From a virus (lineage: Duplodnaviria; Caudoviricetes), in the IMG/VR virus record IMGVR_UViG_2916441648_000002, positions 1 through 64,000 of that record: 64,000 bases of DNA; one strand, written 5' to 3'. The position numbers and the translations under genes were made by a program. Below the pieces are notes generated by a model. That model searched no databases and was not told where the DNA came from. It was given only the letters and a program-made list of their open reading frames with translations. Shown piece by piece: positions 33,847-42,087 of this stretch. The stretch's first letter is position 1. Every line of letters starts with the position of its first letter.

Positions 33847-33912
33847 AAGGTAACAAAAGGTACATCAAATAGCAAACAACAGTTACAAGGAATCAATGTA
33901 ACATTGGTTACA
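33847..33912. promoter_or_regulatory. OR region: pR (TTGCTA-17-TACCTT, minus) and operators GTAAC-N4-(G/A)(G/T)TACA
   Basis: Operators at 33850-33864 and 33897-33912 (palindrome TGTAAC-ATTG-GTTACA); same motif recurs at OL. Confidence 0.75.
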
Positions 33913-34571
33913 TGAAAACAGAGATGAAAGACCGAATAAGATCCCGTCGAGTTCAACTCGACATAACACAGCAGACCCTGGCTAAACGCTTGGGCGTCAG
34001 CCGTGTTTCCGTGACTAAATGGGAGAGCGGTACAACCAAGCCTGATGGAGAGAACCTCCACCAGCTGGCAATGGCGCTGCAGACAACTCCAGAATGGATT
34101 CTTTACGGTCAAGGTGAGGAAACCCAGGACGATACGAAAGTTGTTCCCTTCCTTAAGCCACCAACGGCAGTCCCTATTATCTCGGCCGTTCAAGCCGGGA
34201 TGTGGACTGATACTTATGCATGCTCAAGGCTTTCTGATGTGATTTCATGGACGCAAACCACTGCAAACGTTTCTGATGAAGTATTCGGCCTGGTAGTTCG
34301 CGGGGAGTCAATGACCAACCCTCACGGCCTCCCATCCATTCCAGAAGGATCGATCGTTATTGTTGAGCCTCATTATGGCCAACTGGATGACCTTTACGGG
34401 AAAATAGTTGTGGCGATACTTGATGGTTCAGCAGAGGCAACGGTCAAAAAGCTTGTTTGGGATAGCCCTTACGCATATTTAATGCCCCTCAATCCTTCAT
34501 TTAAACCCATCCCAATAGACGGTAATTGCCGAATTGTTGGGAAAGTAGTTCAGATAACCCAGAACATTTAA
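33912..34571 (+). CDS. cI: CI repressor (HTH + S24 peptidase)
   Basis: HTH LGVSRVSVTKWE; AG cleavage site VQAG; catalytic GESM and TVKKL. Confidence 0.93.
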   Translation: MKTEMKDRIRSRRVQLDITQQTLAKRLGVSRVSVTKWESGTTKPDGENLHQLAMALQTTPEWILYGQGEETQDDTKVVPFLKPPTAVPIISAVQAGMWTDTYACSRLSDVISWTQTTANVSDEVFGLVVRGESMTNPHGLPSIPEGSIVIVEPHYGQLDDLYGKIVVAILDGSAEATVKKLVWDSPYAYLMPLNPSFKPIPIDGNCRIVGKVVQITQNI

Positions 34572-34584
34572 GTCCTTCATTTCC

Positions 34585-34613
34585 AATGCCAGATATCCTT
34601 CTGGCATTTTTTT
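34585..34613 (+). terminator. Terminator after cI
   Basis: AATGCCAGA/TCTGGCATT stem plus T-run. Confidence 0.75.
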
Positions 34614-34624
34614 CGCTCATCAAG

Positions 34625-34705
34625 GTAACAAAAAGTACATTCGCCGCTTGACCATTGAAGTAACTAAAGGTACATTTAAATCACACCACAGGTACTGACA
34701 GTTAC
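34625..34705 (+). promoter_or_regulatory. OL operators and pL (TTGACC-17-TACATT)
   Basis: Operators at 34625-39, 34660-74 and inverted 34691-705; -35 at 34648-53, -10 at 34671-76. Confidence 0.75.
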
Positions 34706-34957
34706 CTGCGCCGGTGTGGTAGTTAGCAGTACGGTATATGGCACATGTGCCGCAGCGGTCCGGGGATTTCTTTCAGTATCCAGATCCAGCGGGTAGCCGG
34801 AATGTGCAAGCCAGGCGTGTACGGCAGCCAGAAGCGTTTCACCAGCGTGGCGATCAGGTGTGACACCTCGGAAGAGACGAGGATAAAAGCCACTCACAAT
34901 AAGTATCAGTTGGATGCTTATCGGGACTGGAGGAATCACCACTTGAAGGAGTTAAGC

Positions 34958-35170
34958 ATGACCATTCAGGTTCGTGTTACTGACAACCCTTGCAATATCG
35001 GAAATGGATTTTGGGATATAGGTAAAGCTTTCGAGGTTGTTGGTGAAACTAATTGCTTTTACATAATTGAAGGTGGTTTCAAGGTTAATAAGAAACACTT
35101 TTCGATTGCTGGGACAGCATGTGGTAATCACAGCGTGAAAGTAGAGCTTATCACAGAGAAATCACGATAA
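34958..35170 (+). CDS. Hypothetical protein (70 aa, MTIQVRV)
   Basis: AAGGAG RBS; AT-rich. Confidence 0.65.
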   Translation: MTIQVRVTDNPCNIGNGFWDIGKAFEVVGETNCFYIIEGGFKVNKKHFSIAGTACGNHSVKVELITEKSR

Positions 35171-35257
35171 AAGCCGGGATAACCGGAACATAACTGAAAG
35201 CGCATTCCTCTTTCACTGATGGGGATCGGTTTGTTAACTGGCGGAGTGCGCTTCCAG

Positions 35258-35358
35258 TTGTGGTGAATGCGCAGGCTGATGCGTCGTGACTACAGTAGTG
35301 CGCGCTTCACGGGGAATTGCTACAACCCTGAGCCGGATTTCAGCACCGGTCACCACAA
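35258..35358 (+). ncRNA. C4-antisense-like structured RNA
   Basis: Closing stem TTGTGGTGA/TCACCACAA, GCAGGCTGATGCG, 3' hairpin GCCGGATTTCAGCACCGGT recalled as C4-motif-like; not confirmed by covariance model. Confidence 0.55.
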
Positions 35359-35691
35359 CCACATCACGTTAGGACCGTGGTAACCCGTAGTAGCTGTACC
35401 AGATGCTGTGTGTAGTCTTGGCGGTCGGCAGTTGTGAATGTCCTTAATGTCGACCGCCCCTTTTCACAACTGAAAGCGCGTTCGGCCAATTCCTTGAGAG
35501 GCCTCAGTCGTTAAATCAACTCAGGGGAACGCGCTCCCAATTGTGGAGAAGCTAACAGGCGGTGGCAGCCGCCCGTTTCACTAAGTGCCCTTTTTGGGTG
35601 CTTATTAAAACGAAACCCACTTATGTTTTGTCGCCAATCGGCGAGGGATTCGTGCAACCAAAATTCAGCGGATATTTCCACTGGAGGACTG

Positions 35692-35946
35692 ATGAACCAC
35701 CTCGAATTTATTGAGAAAAACGTAAGGGAACAGCTGATTAAGCAAGGCTTTTCTTCTTCGGTGGCTCAGGGGGGGGCTTGGCAAGCACTTGATTTATATA
35801 AGCGCATGTCACAAGCCAGTAAGAAAGGCGCGATTTTCGATGATGTGATGAGGCATGCGAAAGCCTGGGCAGATAAACAGGTTTCAAAAGCTGAAGTTAC
35901 GCGGAGAAAACGCACCTCACACAAAGACCAAGGCGGCCTCTTCTGA
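35692..35946 (+). CDS. Hypothetical protein (84 aa)
   Basis: GGAGG RBS before ATG 35692. Confidence 0.75.
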   Translation: MNHLEFIEKNVREQLIKQGFSSSVAQGGAWQALDLYKRMSQASKKGAIFDDVMRHAKAWADKQVSKAEVTRRKRTSHKDQGGLF

Positions 35947-36004
35947 GTTGTAAGGCCAATAATTCAGCGCTGTGCAGAGCGCTTATAACACGGAGAAACT
36001 ATCC

Positions 36005-36364
36005 ATGACGAACACACAGAACGTCACCGAGCTACAACCACGCATGACCAGAGAGCAGCTGATCGAAGCAGCACGTATCGCCGCTAAGTTCCTGCCAGTT
36101 GCATCAGCTCAGCTTATGAATGAGCTTGCTAACCGTCTCGATATCACCAGCGTAGCGCTTTGCGAAGCGATGGCACAGCGTAAGGAACTTGCTGAGCAGA
36201 ACGCCACCCTACGCGAAGATGTTGCCAGCTGGGCCAAAGAGTGTGACCGCCTTGAAGAGCGCCGCACAAAGACGCCTACGAATGTTCACTCACTGGAAGC
36301 GCAGCGCGAATTACGTGAGTTGCCGGCGGTCGTATTTACCCATGAAGACGAGGTAGCGCTCTAA
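36005..36364 (+). CDS. Hypothetical early protein (Ead/Ea22-like coiled coil)
   Basis: GGAGA RBS, coupled to next gene. Confidence 0.65.
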   Translation: MTNTQNVTELQPRMTREQLIEAARIAAKFLPVASAQLMNELANRLDITSVALCEAMAQRKELAEQNATLREDVASWAKECDRLEERRTKTPTNVHSLEAQRELRELPAVVFTHEDEVAL

Positions 36365-37191
36365 TGGCTAACTCATTCAAACAAATGACCCGTGACGGTA
36401 CCATTAAGCGTACCGATACCGGGATGTTCATCCCCCTTTCCGATATCCATGTTCGTGAAGGTTTCAACAAGCGTGAAGACGATGAACGCACCCGCCAGGC
36501 TGATGATGACCTGTTTAACTACCTGATGAACGGCGGATCAGTTCCACCGCTGGAAGTTATCGCCCGTGATGAAGGTGGCGTGTGGGTTGTTGAAGGTCAC
36601 CGTCGCCGTCGTTGCTACGCGCGCTGCGCTGAAGCTGGAAAGCCAGTAGACCGCATTCACATCATGCCGTTCAACGGTAACGATGTGCAGAGACTGGCGC
36701 GCATCATGACCAGTAACAACCAGCTGCCGCTCTCCGATATGGAACAGGCCGCAGTTATTCAAGAGCTGCATAACGCCTTTAACCAGACCACCAGCGAGAT
36801 CGCAAAACTGGTCAATAAGTCTGTACCTACTGTCGAAAAGCTCTTGCTACTTAGCACAGCTAACCACGACGTTCAGAAAGAAGTTAAATCCGGCAACGTG
36901 TCCGTAGATGTGGCTGTTGATCGAGTAAAAGAGTTCGGCGAAAAGGCCGGTGAGGTTCTCCAGAAGGATAAAGCTTCCGCTGCCGCAAAGGGTAAGAAGA
37001 AAGTTACCCGCAGCGTTATAGCGCCGGAAATTAGCGTGAAGAAAGCGCGACGTCTTGTAGAGCTGATCAGCCTGGCGGGTGTAAGCGACACAGGCGTTAT
37101 CTCTCTCGAAGGATTGGTCCATGCGGAAGTTTTAGGAATCATCGACGAGCACAAAGCTATCGCAGCTCAGCGTCAAGGAGAAACATCGTGA
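36364..37191 (+). CDS. ParB-N-domain protein
   Basis: VPPLEV..VWVVEGHRRR motif followed by HTH (EIAKLVNKSVPTV). Confidence 0.75.
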   Translation: MANSFKQMTRDGTIKRTDTGMFIPLSDIHVREGFNKREDDERTRQADDDLFNYLMNGGSVPPLEVIARDEGGVWVVEGHRRRRCYARCAEAGKPVDRIHIMPFNGNDVQRLARIMTSNNQLPLSDMEQAAVIQELHNAFNQTTSEIAKLVNKSVPTVEKLLLLSTANHDVQKEVKSGNVSVDVAVDRVKEFGEKAGEVLQKDKASAAAKGKKKVTRSVIAPEISVKKARRLVELISLAGVSDTGVISLEGLVHAEVLGIIDEHKAIAAQRQGETS

Positions 37192-37664
37192 TTACCGAAA
37201 AAAATAATGTCTTTTATTGCGACTGTGGATTTTCTTTCCTGAGAGGTCACAGCGGCGCGCATGACTGTGCTGTTGGCCTTCGTAATAAGCTGTCCAAGTC
37301 TGAAGCCAGGTGCGCGGCGCTGGCTGCGGAGAATGCGGGGCTGAAGGCTGCATTAAATCCTAAAGTAATCCCTGATGCGGCAGTCGAAGCGTTTAATGAA
37401 ACAGCCATCATGGACCACGACTGGAATGAGACAAGCGAATGGTCATGGGTGGAGAACGATACCGATGTTATTCGTGCCGTACTTGAATCCATCAAGCCTG
37501 ATACCCCAGCCACCGACGCTTTCCTGGCTGAAGTGCGGGCGCAGGGTGTTGATGTAGCTATCGAGCACTTGATTAACAAATTCGAAGGAACAGGGCGCAT
37601 TGGCGTTCCCATAATGGCTCTGGAGTGGCTGTCGAAGGAACTTCGCAAAGGGGTGCGGTCATGA
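37188..37664 (+). CDS. Hypothetical early protein
   Basis: Coupled ORF; TPATDAFLAEVRAQGV motif common in Ead-like proteins. Confidence 0.65.
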   Translation: MITEKNNVFYCDCGFSFLRGHSGAHDCAVGLRNKLSKSEARCAALAAENAGLKAALNPKVIPDAAVEAFNETAIMDHDWNETSEWSWVENDTDVIRAVLESIKPDTPATDAFLAEVRAQGVDVAIEHLINKFEGTGRIGVPIMALEWLSKELRKGVRS

Positions 37665-38257
37665 GCAACATCGACAAGCAGTCGCTGCGTGAGCGCTACT
37701 CCGCAAAACCGATACCAAAATGCCATATTTGCGGTACCGAAATGACAATACAGCGGATGTCTGGTAGCCGCGTAACTTACGGCTGCTCAGGCGCAATTTA
37801 CGATGAAACCGGATGCCACTACGCCGATGGCCGCAGCCTGGCTGATGACCATTATGAACAATCCCGCGTCACTGTCACAGATGAAAGTGATCCTGATGTG
37901 CTAGCGCTGCAGGATGAGCTGGAAGCCGCAGAGAAGCGGATTTCTGAACTTGAGAGCGACAATGCATACATCAGAAACAGGCACAAAGAACTAGACCTGT
38001 TAATCGGGAAAAACATTCTGGTAATGCAGGCCGCAATCATCGAATGGCAGGGAACTGGCGACGCCAGAAAGGGGCTGGCATGGATTTATAACACGCTATT
38101 TGGCCCAGGCGAACTGCCGGACGAATCGGAGAAAGACGCCCAGGCCTATTTTGACCGTAAATATGCTCCTCTCGACGAAGAACTCATGAATCTTCATCGG
38201 TGGTTCTGGGAGCAAAGCGAAGCTGAGCGCGCCGCCGCAGCCGGTAAAGGAGAGTGA
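37661..38257 (+). CDS. Ead/Ea22-like protein with CxxC
   Basis: MSNIDKQSLRE start, CHICG, DPDVLALQDELEAAEKRISELE. Confidence 0.7.
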   Translation: MSNIDKQSLRERYSAKPIPKCHICGTEMTIQRMSGSRVTYGCSGAIYDETGCHYADGRSLADDHYEQSRVTVTDESDPDVLALQDELEAAEKRISELESDNAYIRNRHKELDLLIGKNILVMQAAIIEWQGTGDARKGLAWIYNTLFGPGELPDESEKDAQAYFDRKYAPLDEELMNLHRWFWEQSEAERAAAAGKGE

Positions 38258-38547
38258 GCATGGCTACTTTGCAGGAATTAATCGACCTGACGCCAGAACA
38301 AGAAAAGGCGTGGAAGCGCCTTGAGAAAGCAGTGAAGGATTTCCGAGCAGCCGGAGGTAAGTTCTATAGCGTTTTGGACACGCTGAGCGCCTACAACGGC
38401 GAGCACGTTGCCTACATTGATAACGACACGGGCTATCACACCGCAAGCGTCTACATGCCGAGCATTGATGCTACAGGATTTACCAGCTGGGCTGATGATT
38501 GGCACGGCATCACGCTGAAAGATGGCGTTAAAGTGGATGAGGACTAA
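38254..38547 (+). CDS. Hypothetical protein
   Basis: Coupled ORF with GGAGA RBS. Confidence 0.7.
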   Translation: MSMATLQELIDLTPEQEKAWKRLEKAVKDFRAAGGKFYSVLDTLSAYNGEHVAYIDNDTGYHTASVYMPSIDATGFTSWADDWHGITLKDGVKVDED

Positions 38548-38550
38548 CCC

Positions 38551-39183
38551 ATGAGCACTATTACCAAAGAGCGCGTTGCGGAATTCATTAAAAACCCTCT
38601 CGATAACGGCTTAACCCGTGGCGAACAAATGGAGCTGGCGCGTATCGCGCTGGCATCGCTCGAAGCGGAGGCTGTGCCGGAATGGACAAACGAGCAGTGC
38701 ATGGAGTTCCTGTCTATCGCTTTCCGGCATGCAGAAATTAACGGCGACCTTCAGCTGGACGATATCCGCCTGGGTGTGAAGATGGTTAATGGTAGCCGCG
38801 CCGCCATGCTTCAGGGTGCCGATGGCAACTCTCCGGTGATTACGGATGAGAAAGGCTCATCTTTGCAGTTACGCAATCTCATCCGTCAGCGCCATGCTGA
38901 GTGGTCACAGGCTACGTTCGGCGATGTTGGTCCTGTTGGACCGCTTAAACACCTCAGCAAAGAAGCGCTGGAAGCAGCGGCGGAACCTGAAGACCTCAGC
39001 GAGTGGGCTGATATGCAATTCCTGCTATGGGATGCCCAGCGCCGCGCCGGTATCAGCGATGTTGAAATTACAGCAGCGATGGAAGAAAAGCTGAAGGTGA
39101 ATATGGCGCGCCAGTGGCCAGAGCCGAAAGACGGAGAGCCGAGACAGCATATCAAAGCAGCACCACAGCAGGAGGTGAAGTGA
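38551..39183 (+). CDS. DUF550 / dATP-dGTP pyrophosphohydrolase (MazG-like) domain protein
   Basis: HAEWSQATFG..GPVGPLKHLSKEALEA...DLSEWADMQFLLWDAQRRAG. Confidence 0.75.
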   Translation: MSTITKERVAEFIKNPLDNGLTRGEQMELARIALASLEAEAVPEWTNEQCMEFLSIAFRHAEINGDLQLDDIRLGVKMVNGSRAAMLQGADGNSPVITDEKGSSLQLRNLIRQRHAEWSQATFGDVGPVGPLKHLSKEALEAAAEPEDLSEWADMQFLLWDAQRRAGISDVEITAAMEEKLKVNMARQWPEPKDGEPRQHIKAAPQQEVK

Positions 39184-39416
39184 TGGTTACTGGAGGATAT
39201 ACCCTTGACCTCACCTGTGACTGCCAAAAGTGCCAGTCCTACATGGGCGATCCTGATTACAGAACGGAAGAGCGCGGGTTTAAGCGGCTAATTGGCGACA
39301 ATTTTACGGAGTGTTTCAGGGCGGCCAAGAAGCGAGGCTGGAAATTTAACGCAAACAAAACTCACTGCCTTGCGCCTGGTCATTCATACCGAAAAGATGG
39401 TGACATCCATGCCTAA
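39183..39416 (+). CDS. Cys-rich hypothetical protein (77 aa)
   Basis: GGAGG RBS; CDCQKC motif. Confidence 0.6.
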   Translation: MVTGGYTLDLTCDCQKCQSYMGDPDYRTEERGFKRLIGDNFTECFRAAKKRGWKFNANKTHCLAPGHSYRKDGDIHA

Positions 39417-39489
39417 CCCATTCGACGCAGTAATGTTCGTACTGCTGGCAATCGGCGCACTTCAGCAAATTGGGTGGCTGCCATGGTGA
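39409..39489 (+). CDS. Small membrane peptide (26 aa, MPNPFDAVMFVLLAIG)
   Basis: Overlap-coupled on both sides; single hydrophobic helix. Confidence 0.45.
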   Translation: MPNPFDAVMFVLLAIGALQQIGWLPW

Positions 39490-39752
39490 GCAAACTCAAA
39501 CAGCGGCGCTTGCGCCGCCTTAAAGCAGATGTCGCCTGGTGGCGTGAAGAGGCTGAGGATTGCCGCGCCCGCCTGCTGGAGCTGGCCGGGGAAATAGACA
39601 GGCTAAAAAAGCTGGTTATCCGCGTACCGATGCCTGTTCTGATGCCAAAGGAGATGCTCCACCAGCTCTATTACACCGAAACAAAAAGATGTCGTACCTG
39701 CAATGATGGGCTCCGTGGTGGTTGTTCATCATGCATTTTCTTTAAGAGATAG
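39483..39752 (+). CDS. Hypothetical protein (Eaa-like, C-terminal Zn motif)
   Basis: KQRRLRRLKADVAWW; CRTC..CSSC. Confidence 0.65.
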   Translation: MVSKLKQRRLRRLKADVAWWREEAEDCRARLLELAGEIDRLKKLVIRVPMPVLMPKEMLHQLYYTETKRCRTCNDGLRGGCSSCIFFKR

Positions 39753-39783
39753 CCGGGTGCAGCCGGTTAAGTGGAGAATAGCC

Positions 39784-39993
39784 ATGGCCAAGTTGATGAA
39801 GGCGAGTCTGTGGGGTAAGCGAGAGTTTGAACCAGGCTCTGTTCCAGATAACAGAACTATTAAACGCTGGATTGAAAACGGTAAGCTTCAGGGTCGCATC
39901 GTAGATGGAACGATCCTTGTAAGTTCCTCAGAAAAATGGGGCGTTGACTCAATGGTCAGTGAAAGAGTTCGTCAGTTAATTCAAGAGGATTAA
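39784..39993 (+). CDS. xis: Excisionase
   Basis: Small wHTH (TIKRWIENGKLQG) directly before integrase; GGAG RBS. Confidence 0.75.
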   Translation: MAKLMKASLWGKREFEPGSVPDNRTIKRWIENGKLQGRIVDGTILVSSSEKWGVDSMVSERVRQLIQED

Positions 39994-39994
39994 C

Positions 39995-41173
39995 ATGGCC
40001 GCAAGACCACGTAAAAGGGAAAACCGCAATCTCCCTGACTTCCTGCTTTATGATAAAGCCACCGGACAATATCGCTTTACGCTTATAACCGGGAAACGTA
40101 AAAGCATTGGAACTGATCGCGTAATGGCAATCGCCATTGCCAAAGAATATAACCTCAGAATGAGGCCTGAAACGGTCCCATCCGTTGAAAGTCTAATCAG
40201 AGACTCAGGCGGACTTAATGGAGAAGCGCAACCATTCAGCCACCATGTTGATCGCATTATGGCGCGTGCCGTTGCCGATGAAAAACCATCACAAAGTACC
40301 TTGGACGACTGGAATAATGACGCTATAAGGGTTAAGGAATTTTTTATCGACATCCCTGCTTGTGACATTGAGCTTGAGCATGTTAACCAGTTTATTAACC
40401 GCTACCATGCTGATGCATCAGCTAACGTTCAAAACAGGAAAGTGAGCTTTCTAAAAAAACTGTTCTCTTATGCTGTTGACGAATCATTAATGATGGATAA
40501 CCCGGCAGCACGTAAAAAAATGCGCCGCGTTGAAGAGAAGAAGCGCAAGCGGCTCGCGCTGGATAACTTTATTGCTATTAGAAACGCAGCAGAACCATGG
40601 TTAAGAACCGCAATGGACCTTGCCCTTCAAACGACACATGCTCGTCTCGAAGTTTCAAGAATAAAATATTCGATAAGAGAACCGAAGAACGGCGTTTGTG
40701 GATGTGTATGGTTAGACCAACCTGAAAACGGAATATACGGAACTTTGTACATTCACCGCCAGAAGGTGCAAAAGAAAGAAGCATCGCACGTAGCGATCCC
40801 AATTGGAGAGGAATTGAAGAGGATTATTGACGATAGCCGGGATAGTGTTGCCAGTCCGTATGTTGTTCACCGGATACCAGAACGAAATAACAAGCGCAGT
40901 AAAGAGGTTTCGCACCCTACTCAGGTAGCGCCAGATTATCTTAGCCGTTCGTTCTCTGCACTGCGTGACAAACTTGGGTTGTGTGATCATCTTCCAATGG
41001 ATGAGCGTCCAACCTTTCATGAGATCAGGGCACTTGCCGCTCACTTGTTTGATAGCCAGGGTATCGACCCTCAGGGCAGGATGGCTCATAGTGATGCCAA
41101 ATCAACGAAGATATATACCAGTAATCATATCGACTGGGTTATGGTTCCACATGGTGAGATCAAGGCAGGATAA
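39995..41173 (+). CDS. int: Tyrosine integrase
   Basis: N-terminal arm-binding domain; catalytic R (THARLE), H-x-x-R (FHEIR), H (MAH), Y (TKIY); adjacent to att. Confidence 0.93.
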   Translation: MAARPRKRENRNLPDFLLYDKATGQYRFTLITGKRKSIGTDRVMAIAIAKEYNLRMRPETVPSVESLIRDSGGLNGEAQPFSHHVDRIMARAVADEKPSQSTLDDWNNDAIRVKEFFIDIPACDIELEHVNQFINRYHADASANVQNRKVSFLKKLFSYAVDESLMMDNPAARKKMRRVEEKKRKRLALDNFIAIRNAAEPWLRTAMDLALQTTHARLEVSRIKYSIREPKNGVCGCVWLDQPENGIYGTLYIHRQKVQKKEASHVAIPIGEELKRIIDDSRDSVASPYVVHRIPERNNKRSKEVSHPTQVAPDYLSRSFSALRDKLGLCDHLPMDERPTFHEIRALAAHLFDSQGIDPQGRMAHSDAKSTKIYTSNHIDWVMVPHGEIKAG

Positions 41174-41235
41174 CCAATGGCGAAACCACACCTTAAGTCA
41201 TTGATGTGTATAGTGCAGATAATGCGTAAATTTCA

Positions 41236-41251
41236 CTGTTTGCTTATACAG
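41236..41251. promoter_or_regulatory. LexA-box-like site between int and att core
   Basis: CTGTTTGCTTATACAG fits CTGT-N8-ACAG. Confidence 0.5.
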
Positions 41252-41306
41252 TCGAATGATGTGCAAGCCAGTAATGGCGCGGCTTAGAGGCATTTTACAC
41301 AGGTGA

Positions 41307-41352
41307 CATGGGGTGTCGGGGGTCGGAGGTTCAAATCCTCTCGTGCCGACCA
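41307..41352 (+). other. att core: 3' half of tRNA-Pro(GGG) (proL-type), not an intact tRNA
   Basis: CATGGGGTGTCGGGGGTCGGAGGTTCAAATCCTCTCGTGCCGACCA matches anticodon loop to CCA; upstream sequence lacks acceptor and D arms. Confidence 0.92.
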
Positions 41353-41365
41353 AAAATACTCTTTA

Positions 41366-41392
41366 AACCAGCCAGCTATGGCTGGTTTTTTT
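41366..41392 (+). terminator. Phage-supplied replacement terminator for the tRNA
   Basis: AACCAGCC/GGCTGGTT stem plus T-run right after att core. Confidence 0.75.
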
Positions 41393-41410
41393 ATTTATGT
41401 AAAATCAAAA

Positions 41411-41440
41411 TGGTGAAACTGTGGTGAAAAGGTGGTTAAA
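41411..41440. repeat. Three TGGT(G/T)AAA repeats at 11-bp period, probable integrase arm sites
   Basis: Copies at 41411, 41422, 41433; similar TGGTGAGA (41152) and TGGCGAAA (41178) on the int side. Confidence 0.6.
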
Positions 41441-41447
41441 CCGCTCC

Positions 41448-41768
41448 TTAAATTGCCGGACAGTTATCATTAACAACTCTGTTTAGGCTGTGTGTAAGCA
41501 CCCCAAAAACCTCAACCCCATCTAGCGCGTCACCTTCTATTGATTCCCCATCTTCAGTTATCAATGCCTCACCGTAGAGCTTCGCGAACTCGTTACTGTT
41601 ATCGATTCTTACAAGTAACGTATCCCCTTGCTCTGGCTTCAATGCAACGTTAATTACAGCCCATCCGCTTGACGTTTCAATTACCCGGCAGTTTCCATCA
41701 ATCCCGCATAGAAGGTCGATAGTTAATCTTTGTTCCTGATAGTCCATGGCAGGTGAAGGAAAGCCCAT
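41448..41768 (-). CDS. UmuD'-like (HumD-like) protein, prophage B copy
   Basis: MGFPSPAMDY start; highly similar to 1-321. Confidence 0.75.
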   Translation of the reverse strand: MGFPSPAMDYQEQRLTIDLLCGIDGNCRVIETSSGWAVINVALKPEQGDTLLVRIDNSNEFAKLYGEALITEDGESIEGDALDGVEVFGVLTHSLNRVVNDNCPAI

Positions 41769-42007
41769 TAGAAAATCCTCCCCATGTTACGCAGGATCCA
41801 ATATCGGTTATCGCTACCGTCTGTAGTCTTATCTGCGAAGTCAGGCTGGTAACGTTCAATCCATGCATTTGCATCTTCCCTGCTGAAGTGCCAGCTCTTC
41901 TCTCGCAGCTTTGTGACAAAACTGTCTGTTCTCAAGTAGCGGTACCCTTTAGGATTTAGTTGTATGGCCGCACTGAAAGCGGTTTGGATGTCAGATTGAC
42001 GAGGCAT
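41768..42007 (-). CDS. Conserved hypothetical protein (79 aa), prophage B copy
   Basis: Homologue of 321-560; start at MPRQ. Confidence 0.85.
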   Translation of the reverse strand: MPRQSDIQTAFSAAIQLNPKGYRYLRTDSFVTKLREKSWHFSREDANAWIERYQPDFADKTTDGSDNRYWILRNMGRIF

Positions 42008-42025
42008 GATCCCCCCAACAAGTAA

Positions 42026-42041
42026 CTGTATATGCATACAG
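42026..42041. promoter_or_regulatory. LexA (SOS) box
   Basis: CTGTATATGCATACAG, same position relative to cassette as 581-596. Confidence 0.88.
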
Positions 42042-42087
42042 TATCATTGTTTATTGCGGAGGGATCAAGTCAGGAAAAGACTATCAA

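Larger units (their letters stand above)
1..41352. mobile_element. Prophage A, lambdoid siphovirus (about 41.4 kb, left att probably just upstream of the window)
   Basis: Continuous tail-head-packaging-lysis-Q-replication-immunity-xis-int gene order, ending at a tRNA-Pro 3'-half duplication. Confidence 0.95.

Noticed and set aside
34745-34957. 141-aa ORF starting at 34745
   Set aside because: No RBS; the AAGGAG-preceded ATG at 34958 is the better start, leaving a non-coding pL leader.
41281-41352. Intact tRNA-Pro gene
   Set aside because: Only anticodon loop to CCA matches; 5' acceptor and D arms are absent, so it is an att duplication.
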